Assembly (NCBI RefSeq): GCF_030144855.1
Contig: NC_082725.1
Coordinates: 17,732,001 to 17,796,000, forward strand
Reading direction: 5' to 3'
Origin: Hypanus sabinus
Lineage: Eukaryota
DNA length: 64,000 bases
The translations under genes were made by a program, and so were the position numbers. Of this stretch, positions 39,541 through 52,429 are shown one piece after another; position 1 is the first letter of the stretch; each line of letters opens with the position of its first letter. The notes under the pieces are model-generated. The model was not told the DNA's origin. It made no database searches and was given only the letters and a program-made list of their open reading frames with translations.

Positions 39541-40227
39541 AATCTTTCTTATCCATGTACCTGTCCATTTGTCTTTTAAAAGTTGTTATTGTACCTGCTT
39601 CAACCACTTCATCTGGCAACTTCACTTACAAATCAACCCCTTGTGTAAAAACAATCCCCCTTGAATTCGTATTAAAACTTTCTCCACTCACTTTAAGCCT
39701 ATGCCCTCAAGTTATTGATTCCCTACTCCAGGGAAGAAGTCTGAGTGCATTCACCCTGAGTGTATTCACTGCATTGGTATCTGATATACAAGGCCACAAG
39801 TGCTAATGATTGGCCATTGCACACACTTCTTACTGACCGGGGAGACTGGCAGCAGGCCAGGTCCAGTGACCACGGCCCTTCATTGGGAAGGGAGTTGTAG
39901 CTGGACTCACATCCTATCAGAGGGGAGTGGAATTGTGGCATCCAGGAGTGTGTCGATTGACGTGGTTGAAGGATCAGAAAGTCAGATGACAATTTGGTTG
40001 TCAGCTTTTGGTGGGGGGTGGGGTAGTGTGGAGTGCTAAGTTTACTGAGGGCATTGAAGGACAAGACTCGTGGGTGGGGAGTGATTGGCTTTACGATGGG
40101 AGTTGTCAGGGGAGAGATGGCTATCAATTGAACTTAATCTAAAGGTAACTAAATTCAAAGCAATGGTAGAAATACAAAAAGCACTTACAAGCACACTTCC
40201 AGTGATATATTTTTTGTATTGAGACAC

Positions 40228-40467
40228 AATGCAGAATAGGCCCTTCGAGCCACGCAGCCAAGCAATCCCCTGATTTAATCCTAGCCTAATCACAGGACAA
40301 TTTACAATGACCAATTAACCTACCAACCAGTACGTCTTCGAACTGTGGGAGGAAACACACACAGTCACGGGGAGACCGTACAAACTCCTAACAGGCCCTG
40401 GCAGGAATTGAAGTTGCGTCACCAGTACTGTAAAGTGTTGTGATAACCACTATGCTTCTGTGCTGCC
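40228..40467 (-). mobile_element. V-SINE/HE1-like SINE
   Basis: Homologous to 3105-3356. Confidence 0.75.
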
Positions 40468-41136
40468 CGATGGACTGCAACCCCTAATGCTTACCTAATG
40501 CATTCTCAGAGGCATTGAGGGATGTGTAATAGATGCTGGCTTTGCCAGTGACACTCACATCCTGGTAAAAATGTTCAACAAAATTCTCTCACCATTTTCC
40601 AAAAGGACCACCTCAAAGGGAATGAGGTACGTCTGACACAGAAACCATGAGCCAAGAAAATCTCATCTGGAAGTGAATTTTCCAATGCAGTGCAGTGCAA
40701 CCTGAAAAGGGTTAATATGATATACCATGTCTACGAGAACCAATTTTCAGACAACGCTCTGAAGGAACTCTATGTCTGAACTTTTTGACCATCAGCACAA
40801 CATCTGGAGTGTGAAAATGACATTGCTGTACTCAAACGCACTTCACCAAATCCTGCTCAATTCAACCTGCTGCACAAATTCTTGCCCCACCCTTGACCTG
40901 CACTGTCCACAAGCACAGCTGAATTGGTCCAACAAATCTGAGACCCTAAGTTCCCAGTGTCCTGCAAACATAATGAGGCATTGGTAATGAAAAGTCCACG
41001 AACGGTGTACCACAAAGAACCTACCAGGGACAGAGCCTCACCCTCTTTCAAAACTCTGTCAAGCTTCTAAAATTATATTCAAAGGTGACGAAAGAACTGA
41101 TTGACAAATGAGGTGACCTTACAAACTGCAATCAGA

Positions 41137-42520
41137 TCTGTACTAGACTTTTCGTAGTTTTCAATCTTAGGATCTTCTCTTCCTTTTTCTTTATCTAAAT
41201 TGAATAAACAATTAACTAATCCTATTGTCAAATACACATTGCAAATCTGGTTTCAATTTCGTAAATTTTTTGGTTTGAATAAGTTTATTCTATCATGCCC
41301 TATAGTATCATTATTTTTTTCGGCCTTCTTTTATGGATCAAACTTTTTTTTATGGAAACAAAAGGCATAACATGTTTTTTGTGATTTGTTTTTAGATGAT
41401 AACGTTATGTCCTTTGAACAGTTATCTAATAAATATAATTTACCTAAAACTCATTTTTTTAGATATTTGCAAGTTAGAAATTTTTTGTATAATGAGTTAG
41501 TCTTTTCTGAAACTAGGTCCATTAGACATTACGGAAAGAATTTTGGCTCTGAATCCTTCTCAAAAGGGTTTAGTAGTTGTCATTTATAATATTATTATGA
41601 ATATACAGCCAGATGTATCAGAAAAAATTAAGAAGGAATGGGAAGAAGAACTTCATTGTCTTATATCCACTGAGCAATGGGAGAAAATGTTACTATTAGT
41701 TAATTTGTCTTCTATTTGTGCTAAACACGCTCTAATACAATTTAAGTTTGTACATAGAGCTCATATGTCTAAGGATAAACTTGCTCGATTTTATTCTTAT
41801 GTTAATTCAACCTGTGACAGATGTCATTTTGATGTTGCCTCATTAACCCATATGTTTTGGTCTTGGCCTTGTTTACAAAATTACTGGAAAGATATTTTCA
41901 GTATTATTTCAAGAGATTTGAATATTAATATCCAACCGCATCCTTTTACTGCAATATTTGGTTTACCAATGGTGGATAATAGTTGTCTATCCTCTTCATC
42001 CCGACAAATGATTGCATTTGTTACACTAATGGCTAGAAGATCTATTCTATTGCATTGGAAAGAAATTAATCCTCCAAATATATTTCAGTGGTTTTCTCAA
42101 ACCATTTCTTGTTTGAGTTTAGAAAAAATTAGAAGTGTTGTTTTTGACCCTTCAGTTAAATTTGAAGAAACTTGGAGACCATTTATTCAACATTTTCATA
42201 TGAGTTGAACTGTCTTTTCCTAAACCTTACTTATATTATCCTTAATTGTTTGGATGGAGGTTCGGAGTTATTGGCACTACTGTATATGTACTTAACATTA
42301 TTCAATGGCCCATGTTGGTTAGTGTTTTTTTTTCTCTTTTTTTCTCTGGGGTCTTTTTTTTTCTTTTTATTTCTTTGTTCATCAATGTTATGAGTTTGGG
42401 AGGTTATCTATTTTATTATTATATGAATGTCTATTTAAACTATTAATTATGTACTCTCAAACACTTTGTATTCATGTTTCATTTATGTTTGTTTAAAATT
42501 AATAAAAAGATTTAAAAAGA
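41137..42520 (+). mobile_element. 5'-truncated L1/Tx1-clade LINE (ORF2 C-terminal zinc-binding region, 3' UTR, polyA signal) with 16-bp TSD
   Basis: FFRYLQVRNFL; QFKFVHR..CDRC..LTHMFWS; AATAAA plus A-rich tail; ACAAACTGCAATCAGA at 41121-41136 and 42521-42536. Confidence 0.9.
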
Positions 42521-42531
42521 ACAAACTGCAA

Positions 42532-43780
42532 TCAGAATCAGGCTTAATATCACTGGTATATATTGTGAAATTTGTTGGTCTGCAGCAGCAGCAATAGATT
42601 TAAAAAGCTATAAATTACAGTAAGATATATATATAATTAAATTAAAGAGTATTGCAAAGTGAGAAGAAAATTTAAAAAATTGAGGTCTTGTTCATGGATT
42701 CATTGTCCATTCAGAAATCTGATGGCAGAGGGGAAAAAGCAGTCCCAAAACAATTAAGTGTGTGTTTTCAGGCTCCTACCAGATGGTTGCAATGAGAAGT
42801 GGCATATCCAAGGTGGTGAGGGTCTTTAATGATGAATGCCACCTTTCTGAAGCATCTCATTTTGAAGATGTCCTTGATGCTGATGAGGTTAGTTCCCATA
42901 ATGGAGCTGGCTGAGTTTACAACGTTCTGCAGCTTTTTCTGATCCTGTGCAGTGTCCCCTCTATACTAGAATCATAGAAATCTGCGGCACATTACAGGCC
43001 CTTCGGTCCACAATGTTGTGCTGACCAAGTAACCTACTCTAGAAACTGTCTAGAATTACCCTACCACATAACCCTCTAAGCATGTATCTATCTAAGAGTC
43101 TCTTAAAAGACCCTATTGTGTCCCCCTCTACCACTGCCACTAGCAGTGCATTCCACACACCCACCACTCTCTGTGTAAAAAAAACTTACCTCTGACATCA
43201 CCCTTGTACCTACTTCCATGCAGCTTAAAACTGTGCTCCTCATGTTTGCCATTTCAGCCCTGGGGAAAAGCCTCTGGCTATCCACACAATCAATGCCTCT
43301 CATCATCTTATACACTAGACAGTGATGCAACCAGTTAGAATGCTCTCCATAGTACACCTGTAGAAATTTGCTAGAGTCTTTGGCAACTTACCAATTCTCA
43401 CAAACTCCTAATGAAATATAGTCGCTATCACGCCCTTTTTATAACTGCATCAATATGTTGGACACAGGATAAATATTCAGAGATGATCTCACCCAGGAAC
43501 TTGAAAGGGTCAACAATTTCCACCGCTGACCCCTTGATGAGGACTGATATGTGATCCCTCCACTTCCTCTTCCCGAAGTCCATAATCACTTCCTACTGAT
43601 ACTGAAAAAAAGGCTGTTGTTGCCGCTCCATTCAACTGGCTGACCTGTCTCACTCCTATATGACTTCTCATCATCGCCTGAGATTGTGGCATCAACATAC
43701 ATATAGACATGATTTGAGTAGTGCCTAGCCATGCAGTCATGGGCATAGGGAGTGTAGAGCAGTTGACAACTCACACATCC
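42532..43780 (-). mobile_element. Rex1/Babar-type LINE fragment with nested CR1 3' end (about 42971-43312)
   Basis: Homologous to 18365-19400; ACTAGA flanks the nested CR1. Confidence 0.8.
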
Positions 43781-44524
43781 AGGTTTATAAAATCAACTGT
43801 TCTCCATCAATGAAACATCAATTGAAATGTCACCTTGGCGTTGGTCCTTCTGGATTACAGATGGTAAGTTCCTAAGGAGGGGAGCATTTCATTTCTCCAG
43901 GGGTAGAGAGGGCCAGTTAAGGGAGAAGAGAAACACTCCATAGCTGATTTTGCCATGGTGAATTATTAGTTATTTAGCAGAATAGGTAGAAGACTTAAAT
44001 ATGGTCAACTGCACACCACTTCTGTGAGAGAGATACCTGGGAAAGGAAGTGTTCCTCTGTCATCCTGTTCTGTTACTCAAAACAACCAAAGACTCTAGCA
44101 ACATGTTGTGTCTTTGAATTTTATTAATGGTTGAAGTAGGTTGAACAATAATACCCAACCATAATATCAAGACTTGTGAAAGTTACTTATATCTGTGAAA
44201 AGTTACATAACGACTTGGTTCACTGCTGAGGCTCATCTATCCCTGGTAATTACCCAACTTGGCTTATCGTTTCCAGGTGAACAGGGCTAAAGGAGTTGGC
44301 CCTTTACACCTGAGAGGTGTCCTGTGCAGTGGATTGGGTTCCAAGTGGTATTTGGGCTTCAGGTGGGGTATCACTGAGGCTGAATCTCTCAAACCCCCTG
44401 CAGTCTTTAGCAGTTCACTGCTGTCAAAGAATTAAAAACCTTTAAAATACATTTCAATAATTTAATTAAACTAAAGATTATTCAGAAATTTTTGAAACCA
44501 AAGGTAAAATTGCAATTTAGTGAA

Positions 44525-44900
44525 AACTTCAGTAAGGCAGCCAACATAATCTGAGAGCCCCTTTCACCACAGACATTCTCTCCTCTCCCTTCTCCCATTG
44601 GGCAGAAGATACAAAAGCTTGATAAGGTGTATCATCGTTCTCAAGGACAAAGTCTATCCCAATGTTATCAGTCTCCTGAATGAACCTATTGTTTGATAAG
44701 TTGGACTCTTGACCTCACAATCTACCTCATGATGATCTTGCACTGTATTAGTTTACTTGCACTGTACGTTCTCTGTAGCGTTTATACATTATTCTGCATT
44801 GTTATTATTTTGCTCATTCTCCTTAGAGGGTTGTGTAATGAATTGATCGGTATGAACAGTATACAAGATAAGCTTTTCACTGTATCTTGGTGCATGTGTT
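44525..44900 (+). mobile_element. Rex-type LINE 3' fragment
   Basis: Decayed H.LFS.LP.GRRY-coding segment plus 3' UTR. Confidence 0.55.
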
Positions 44901-45002
44901 GGATTAGAGTATCGAGTTGTTATTTTTCCTGTATTTTCCTGGTAGTTTAACTTTTCTATGGATATTTATATATTTACTGTTTATAATCACCTATATACAT
45001 TA

Positions 45003-45553
45003 ATGTGCAAAAGTCATAGACACATACTGTATATATAGCCCTGGGGTGCCTAAGACTTCTGCACAGCACTGCAGTAATTTTATGTACTGCACTATACTGC
45101 TGATGCAGATAAAACAAATTTCATGACATATGTGAATGATGATAAAGCTGATTATGATGAGGGTCTCTGTTGTGGGCTAGGAGAGTGAAGGGGCAGGGAG
45201 AGAGAGATCATGGTTGGGAAAAGGGGAAGGGAGAGGGGAAGGGAGAGGGGAGGGAGCAGGAAGCATCAGAGAGATATTCTTTAATGATCAACAAACCAAT
45301 TTTTTGGAATCAAATGACCTTGCCTGGTGTCTCAGGGCTGGGTGAGTCTTCACCCACGCCACCCCCTGCACTTGGCACTCCTTCTCCGCCACCTGTCCCA
45401 CAACTCTCCAAAGGCACGCCACCCTCACCATTCCCAGCATCCTTTGCTCCTTCCAGATTTAGAAATTCACTCTCTACATCATATTGGCAAATACAGCACT
45501 AGGCAGAAGTCTTAGTCTTATATGTATGCCTAAGATTTTTGCATAGTTCTGTA
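45003..45553. mobile_element. Composite MITE bracketed by two ~60-bp hairpin units (second copy at about 29327-30840)
   Basis: TGTGCAAAAGTC(T)TAGGCAC...GTGCCTAAGACTT(T)TGCACAG hairpins at both ends; same interior in both copies. Confidence 0.65.
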
Positions 45554-46199
45554 CATGCAATTGCTCAGTGGATTTTCCAGTAATTATTTTCTGTATTTTT
45601 CTCAAAGCTTCTTAGTTTTCGGTAGTAGATGTCACGCTACCTTAATCTGGCTATTATATTTGTTAATTGTTATCACTGGCATTTGCTATTATTTCTAGTC
45701 TGGGTATGAGATGACCACGATGGCTTTTCTTTGTTCTCTTGGCTCCTCTTTCTTGTTTATTTCACCTCTTGTAATACATAATAAAGTTATCATAAGCAAC
45801 AAGCTTTATGCATCATTCTTGATTTCCAAAGAACCTTTGAATCCCAAAAGTATCAGGGTCCAACATGTGACAATATTTAACCAAAACCAATACCAAAATA
45901 TTTGCACCTTTCTGTCAACCCCATTTTAACAAACACAGTCACCATCCATACACTGGCTCACTCCCCTGCGTCCAGCTTAAAGATTGAATGTAAAGTGATA
46001 CCCAGTCTCTCTCTTTGGCTCTTCAATATTCCACCACTGGACATCCACATTTCAGTAAACACAAGCAGAAGTCTTTAACATTATGGATAGCGAAAGGCTG
46101 ATAGACAGCATTTCTCCTTGGGTGAACACTTTTTTGTCATTCAGCTGCACCAATGCATTCCTAAAGTAAATTTAAATCAGGGGTGACTGTACACAGCTG

Positions 46200-47040
46200 C
46201 ATTTAATGCAACAAGCTCAGTGTTTATGTCCAAGTACATATGAGGCCTGAGTATTTTGAAATAATTTTGGCAGAAAAAGAAAGAAAATCAATGCTTAGGC
46301 ACAAGCAGATATTGTTGACATGCTGATGCAAAACGTTCATATTCTGCGTGGAGGGAATGAAGTTAGATCTTATGACCAACGAAATACTTGAACTGGAAGA
46401 TGGTGCTGAAAATATTGGAAGTTCCAGTAAGGGATTGGAAGTTATATTACTTACCAATTCAGCTCTAAAGTGTATCATATATTTACCAAGATATAAAGCT
46501 ACAGATTCTAGAGGTCATACAGAGATTGGAAGAATACTTCAATCCACAGTCCTTTGAGATTGCAGAAGGCCATAAATTCAGCACACACAATCAAATGCTG
46601 GGGAAAAGCATGCGCTATTACATTGTCGCATTCAAGGACTTATCCAGCTATTGTAACCAGAGAGATTTTAGATTGTGGCATCAGAGGCAGATTTGTGTGT
46701 GGCCTTAGGGACAAAAAGGATCCGGAGAAAGCTATCAGGCACGTAAAGCCTTGTGTTTGATTTAGCATGTAGGTTTTATAGTATCTACGAAGGTCAGAAC
46801 CAGGAACGCTAGGCAATTCTGTCCTGTAACACCCATAGATTTAATGGTAGCCTATAGTCAAAGGTAAACTTAGTCCAGAAGCCAGGGGAAATAATATGTT
46901 ACTACAAGTAGCTCAAGTCGCTAACATGTTGTCTGGTTTCTGGGTTCTGCTGAGGAAGTGCCTGGAAAACAGATTTGGTACTGTGTGACAAGAAAGGGGG
47001 AGTTTGTAAAGGAACCAACAGAAAAGAGAAACAGAAAATG
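46200..47040 (+). mobile_element. Gypsy Gag relic (K02A2.6-like)
   Basis: EEYFNPQSFEIAEGHKF..NQ..GKSM..YIVAFKDLSSYC; IRGRFVCGLRD. Confidence 0.65.
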
Positions 47041-47054
47041 ATATAGTTTTACAT

Positions 47055-47920
47055 CAGAATCAAAATCATATTTAATATCACTGGGATGTGTCATGAGACT
47101 TGTTGTTATGCATTGCATACAAAATAATAAAAACCATGAATTACAGTAAAGATAAATATATGTATATATTTGCACTACTTATATAGAGGGATCCTCACAG
47201 AGGATCAGAATTACTTTTTTGCTATACTTATTTAAATTAACATACTGTTTAGTAGGTGTTCATCAGACCAATGTCCATTCAGAAATCGGATGGCAGAGGG
47301 GAAGAAGCTGGTCCTGAATCATTAAGTGTGTGTCTTCAGGCTCCTGTACTTCCTCCCTGATGGTAGCAATGGGAAGAGGGCACGTTGTAGGCGATGGGGG
47401 TCCTTAGTGATGGATGCCACCTTCTTGAGGCATCAGTCCTTGAAGATAACCCGGATGCTGTGATGGAGCTGACTGAGTTTACAACTTCCTGCAGCTTATT
47501 TTGATCCTGTGCAATGTCCTCCCCCAACCATACCAGCCATTTAGAACACTCTCCATGGTACATCTGTAGAAATTTGGTAGTGTCATTGGTGGCATAGCAA
47601 ATCTCCTCAAGCTTCTAATGAACTATAGCTGCTGCCATGCCTCCTTTATAACCGCATCGACAAGATGGTCCCAGGATAGATTCTCTGAGGCATTGACAGC
47701 CAGGACCTTGAAATTGCTCACTCTTTCCACTTCTTATCCCTCTATGAGGACTGGCATTTGCTCCCTCATCTTAAGTCCACAGTCAATTTTTTGGTCTTAC
47801 TAATGTCAAGAGCCAGGTTGCTGCTGGGACACCACTTAACCAGCTGATCTATCTCGCTCCTGTACGCCTTACATCACCATCTAAAATTTGGCCAACAATA
47901 GCTGTGTCGTCAGCAAATTT
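47055..47920 (-). mobile_element. Rex1/Babar-type LINE 3' fragment
   Basis: Homologous to 35540-36220; AAATTTGCTGACGAC (KFADD) at the 5' end. Confidence 0.8.
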
Positions 47921-48059
47921 ATGTACAAAGGTCATGCGGCTCAATCTAAAGCCAGACTTTTCAATCTAAGCTAAGTAAGCAATGAAGATTGGCTGGGGTA
48001 GACTGGAAATGTGTATTCAATAGTGGACAGGCAATGCCTTGCATTTAAAGAAACAGTAC

Positions 48060-48750
48060 ATGATTTGCAATAAATATTCCTTCAAAGAACGATGAAAGTG
48101 ATTCATACATAGATTTAAATAATTTTCAAGATAAAACTTATATTTAAAGGAAACATTATAAAGTTGACAGAAAAAGGCAGGAAGCCTGAGAAATGTATGT
48201 GGTTTGGAGTTCAGATGCTAATACTGAGAAAACAGAATATGAGAGTAAACTGGAGGAAACATTTATACAGACTTTTACGGGAACGTAGAAAGAGAAATAG
48301 CAGTACCAACCAATATGGTCTCTCATAGAAAGTGACTAGAAAATTTATAATGGGGGATTATAAAATGGCAGAGGAATTGAACAGATACCTTTTGTTTTCT
48401 TCATAGAAGAAGATGCAAACAAAAATTCCCTAGAACCAAGGGTGCAGTAATAAAAGAAATTCATATTAGTAGAAGAATACTAGTGAAGAAACAAATTAAA
48501 ACTGCTGAATACTGAAGACCTGATTATCTATTTCCCAAAGTTTTGAAAGAGATGACTTAAAAGGATCATGCATATACTGTTTCTTATATTCCAAAATTCT
48601 GTAGATGCTGAAATAGTAGGAAGTGCCACTGCAGAAGCCGAGAAAGGGAGAGAGAGCTACCCGATGTCAATTGTAGAGAAAATGCTAGAAACCTTAATGA
48701 AGAACGTGATTTCAAGTCACTTGGAAAATGTTGATGTGACTGAGCAGCAT
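48060..48750 (+). mobile_element. Ancient CR1 ORF2 relic
   Basis: Decayed similarity to the 34830-35330 region (LIFQNSVD..IVEKMLE). Confidence 0.5.
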
Positions 48751-49014
48751 AGCACTAAAAAAGATCAGAAGTGTTTTAAAGCACCGAAGACAGGTCTTGA
48801 CTTGAAATGTCGACTGTTTGTTCATTTCCATGGATGCTGCCTGACCTGCTGAGTTTCTCCAGCATTTTGTATATGTTGCTTTGAATTTCCAGCAGAATTT
48901 CTTGTGTTTAGAGATCTCTTAATATGAGTAATTTTAGTTTGCATTTTCTACCTTGGAGGGCTGTGAATGCAGAGTCATTGAGTTAATTCAAAATAGATCC
49001 ATAGGTTTTCGTGT

Positions 49015-49320
49015 GGCCCAATCAATAGCAGATAGCATAACTCTTTCCAGTGTCAGTAACCATTTTTCAATCCTCGCCGCTGTCTGTAGGGAGTTTGTAT
49101 GTTCTCCATATAACCGTGTGGGCTTCCACCAGGTGATCCATTTTCCTCCCACATTCCAAGAAAGCATGGGTTAGTAAGTTATGGGTATGCTATGTTGGTG
49201 TCGGAACCACAGCAACATTTGTGAACTGCTCCAAGCAATCCTTCAACTGCGTTGGTCAGTGATGCAAACAATGCATTTTACTGTAAGTTTCAATGTCCAT
49301 GTGAAAACTAATGCTAATCC
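49015..49320 (+). mobile_element. V-SINE/HE1-like SINE
   Basis: GCTGTCTGTAGGGAGTTTGTATGTTCTCC..CCTCCCACATTCCAA. Confidence 0.7.
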
Positions 49321-49911
49321 TGTCTTATAGATCTATATATAGCTGGGTATTAAGGAAAACACGGGAGATGGGTCTGGTAAAAGAAAATGATGTGGAGATA
49401 GAAGATTATCCATGCTTTTGATAAATGGCAAAGCAGGCCAATAGTGTTTCCACACAATGTGATGGGGAATTCTGTTAGTACAAAAATTGAGACATTGACA
49501 GTGACACACTGACTAATGTTGTCATGGCTGGAAGCATGCTTAAGCAATCCCACCTACCACATGAGCAGGTCCAACACCTGCTTCCTACTGCGACACACAC
49601 CTTGATCAGCAAAACCTAACCCCTTGTGGTCCAAAGCCTTCAGCCCACCTGCCCACAATGCATACCTACCCTCTCTCTCCCTCTGAACTCTCTTCAGACA
49701 TCAGGCAGGTGTCTAGTTTATCAGTCAACCTGTCTCTGGACAGGGAGCTGACAGGGTTAAAAGTACTAGCAGGAGTTCCCACAGTATAGTTAAACCCTTG
49801 AGAACATTCAGGAAACGTGCTCTTCCATGTTCACTTATCTCCTAATATAGCACTCAAGTTTAACTGGAAGTCATCCCAAATGTTATTGCTGCACATTTAC
49901 CACACCAACTG

Positions 49912-50212
49912 AGTGGCATGGTAGCACAGCAGTTACGTTGCCAGTGTTCACCAATCAGGGTTTGATCCCCAAGTCTTTCTGTAAGGAGTTAGTACGTTTT
50001 CTCTGTGACCAAGTGAGTTTCCTCCAGGTGCTCTGGTTTCCTCCCACATTCCAAAGACGTAAGGTCAGGATTAGAGTCAGTACATTGTGGGCATACTTTA
50101 TAGGTGCCACATGTGTGGAAACACTTGCGGGATACCCCACCATGATCCTTGCTAACTCAATTTTGACACAAACATTTCACTGTATGTCTCAATGTAAATG
50201 TGACAAATAAAG
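49912..50212 (+). mobile_element. V-SINE/HE1-like SINE
   Basis: GTGGCATGGTAGCACAGC..CTGTAAGGAGTT..GGTTTCCTCCCACATTCCAAAGACGT. Confidence 0.75.
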
Positions 50213-51039
50213 TTAAACTTTCACCTTTAACTGCTGATATTAAACTAACAAAATAAGCAGTTCAATATCTTTACCTACGGTCTGAGTAGGACACTGTAAA
50301 TACACCTGAAAAGGACCTTTAACAATTACTCACATAAGAAACCATAAACTTCAAAACAAAGTCCCAAGGGATGATGTCTATAATGTTTAAGCTATCTTCC
50401 TTCTAGACTGTAAATCAATGACCAAACTCAAAGATCAGTGAATATAAATCTGAAGGTTTTATCTGACAAAATCATCAGTGTCATGCCACATTAGTTTTTA
50501 ATGAACAGATATCAAATTACTGGAAGTTCATACGGCACCTCCAACAATTTATTTTGACAAACTGCCTGACTCACTAACATCTTTCCACCATTTGCAAAGC
50601 ACAAAACAAGATTATGATGGTACATTTTATTTTCGTGGATGAATGCAACTCCAAAAATACTCAAAAAGCTTGTGGACGCACAAGGCAAAGCAGCTCAGTG
50701 AGTTTGCTAGACATACCACCATCCCCAAGGGCCACACCTCTATTAGACTCTGTCTTCCAAAGTGATCATTATCTTGTCTCTCAGAACTATTTTCGAATAA
50801 CTCCCCCACTGCTAAACTGAGGCCTGGCCACAGTTTTGAGTGTAGAGAGACAGTGGAGTAGAGCCTGGAGGTTTTATTAAGGTAGAGTTGTGATATTTTT
50901 GTACACTGTTATTATCACTTACATGCCACATTTCAAGAGACACATGCACATTTGTTAATGATTTCCTTTCTTCTCAGCAAACAGAGACCTACTGAAGTCA
51001 GAAACCCACTGTTTGACTGGGACATTTTCAGAGAGGTCT

Positions 51040-51632
51040 CCAACACTCTCTCTATTTTTTTTACACAGCTGTGCAGACCAAACCTTGCTTTGCACAGGAA
51101 ATTTTTACACATCCTGAAAATGGTGGCACTTTAAATGTTTTTTTTTGTAATATGCACACCAAACAAACACAAACCACAACTCACAACACAAGAAGCAAAC
51201 AATGTCAGGCAATCAAAACAACTGGCAAGCATTATGGCAAAAGTAAAATGCTTTGACTAGATGGCCTCAGCGTTTAGCTGAAGCGGTTTATTAACAATCA
51301 GCTACTGAGTTCCATTCTGTGTTTATTGTTACAATTTGTAACAGTTTTGTAACTTGAATCACTGACAACATAAATACATTGAAGCTCTAAAATGTTTTAA
51401 AGTAAAGGTTGTGGTACATTTATTATTTAGAAAATTCATTAACACATAGATAATATTCATTAATTTATGAATTATATTCATTATGTATTATATTTAATCA
51501 CAGGCTATTTCACAATTATATTAAGATAGATTTCAAAAATTATATTAGCATTATATAAAGGAAAATTCCAGCTGCGTGACAACAGAGACTACGTGTGATG
51601 GCCACGTACCTACGCAGCTTAAGGGCAACAGT
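51040..51632. mobile_element. hAT-like non-autonomous element
   Basis: CAGCTGTGCAGACCAA..GCACTTTAAAT and GGCCACGTACCTACGCAGCTTAAGGGCAACAGTG shared with 4949-5848. Confidence 0.5.
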
Positions 51633-52429
51633 GGTCTTCTTCACATTGTGCAGAAGCACATCATGTTACAGAAGTGACATGTTACAGTGGCCTCTGAATG
51701 TCATAGGTTAAATTAGTATACACTGAACTACCAGAGATGGTGTCCAGATCTAAAAATGCTCGTCAGTAGATCCTGCTAAGTTTGTTCAGGGTCTTCAGCG
51801 CACTACACAGCAAATACACAGAGGAATCAAAAATGAAAATCACAGACTTTAGGGACCAGAATAGGTTCATATTTCCATTCACAATTTATTTTCCTTAGAA
51901 GGTTGATTGGATAGGCCACAGGAAAGCAGAATGCCTGATCTAATTGCTAAGAAAATATATCTTTTGTCTTTCATAAAGATCGCTACATGGAATTCAACTA
52001 ATTTTCCTAACATTATACCAATAACATTAAGTCTCTGCCTCATATACCATAACACAGTCTCTGCCTCATAAGCAAAAGGCTGGCCAATATTTGTCAAAAT
52101 TATTTCAGTCAGTCTTGCTAATAATACTTTGGCCAACTCATTTGGCTGGATCACAAATTTTAATCCTCTTGATAACATCTGTACAATCCCAGTGAAGAAA
52201 GGGAATTGCATCCAGGTGGTAATCAGTCCACCGAACCTCACCACATCTTTTAGGCCAGAATACACTTCATCTGCATCTGTTACTGTTGTTAATTCTACAT
52301 TACAAATTTGTCACTCCATGCACGATTTAATTTGGTTGAATAAGCTGCTGAAAACATTACAACTATTCTCTTTGTTTAATCTTTGGCTTTGATAAGCGAA
52401 AGAAACTGAAATGCATTACCACTTCATAG

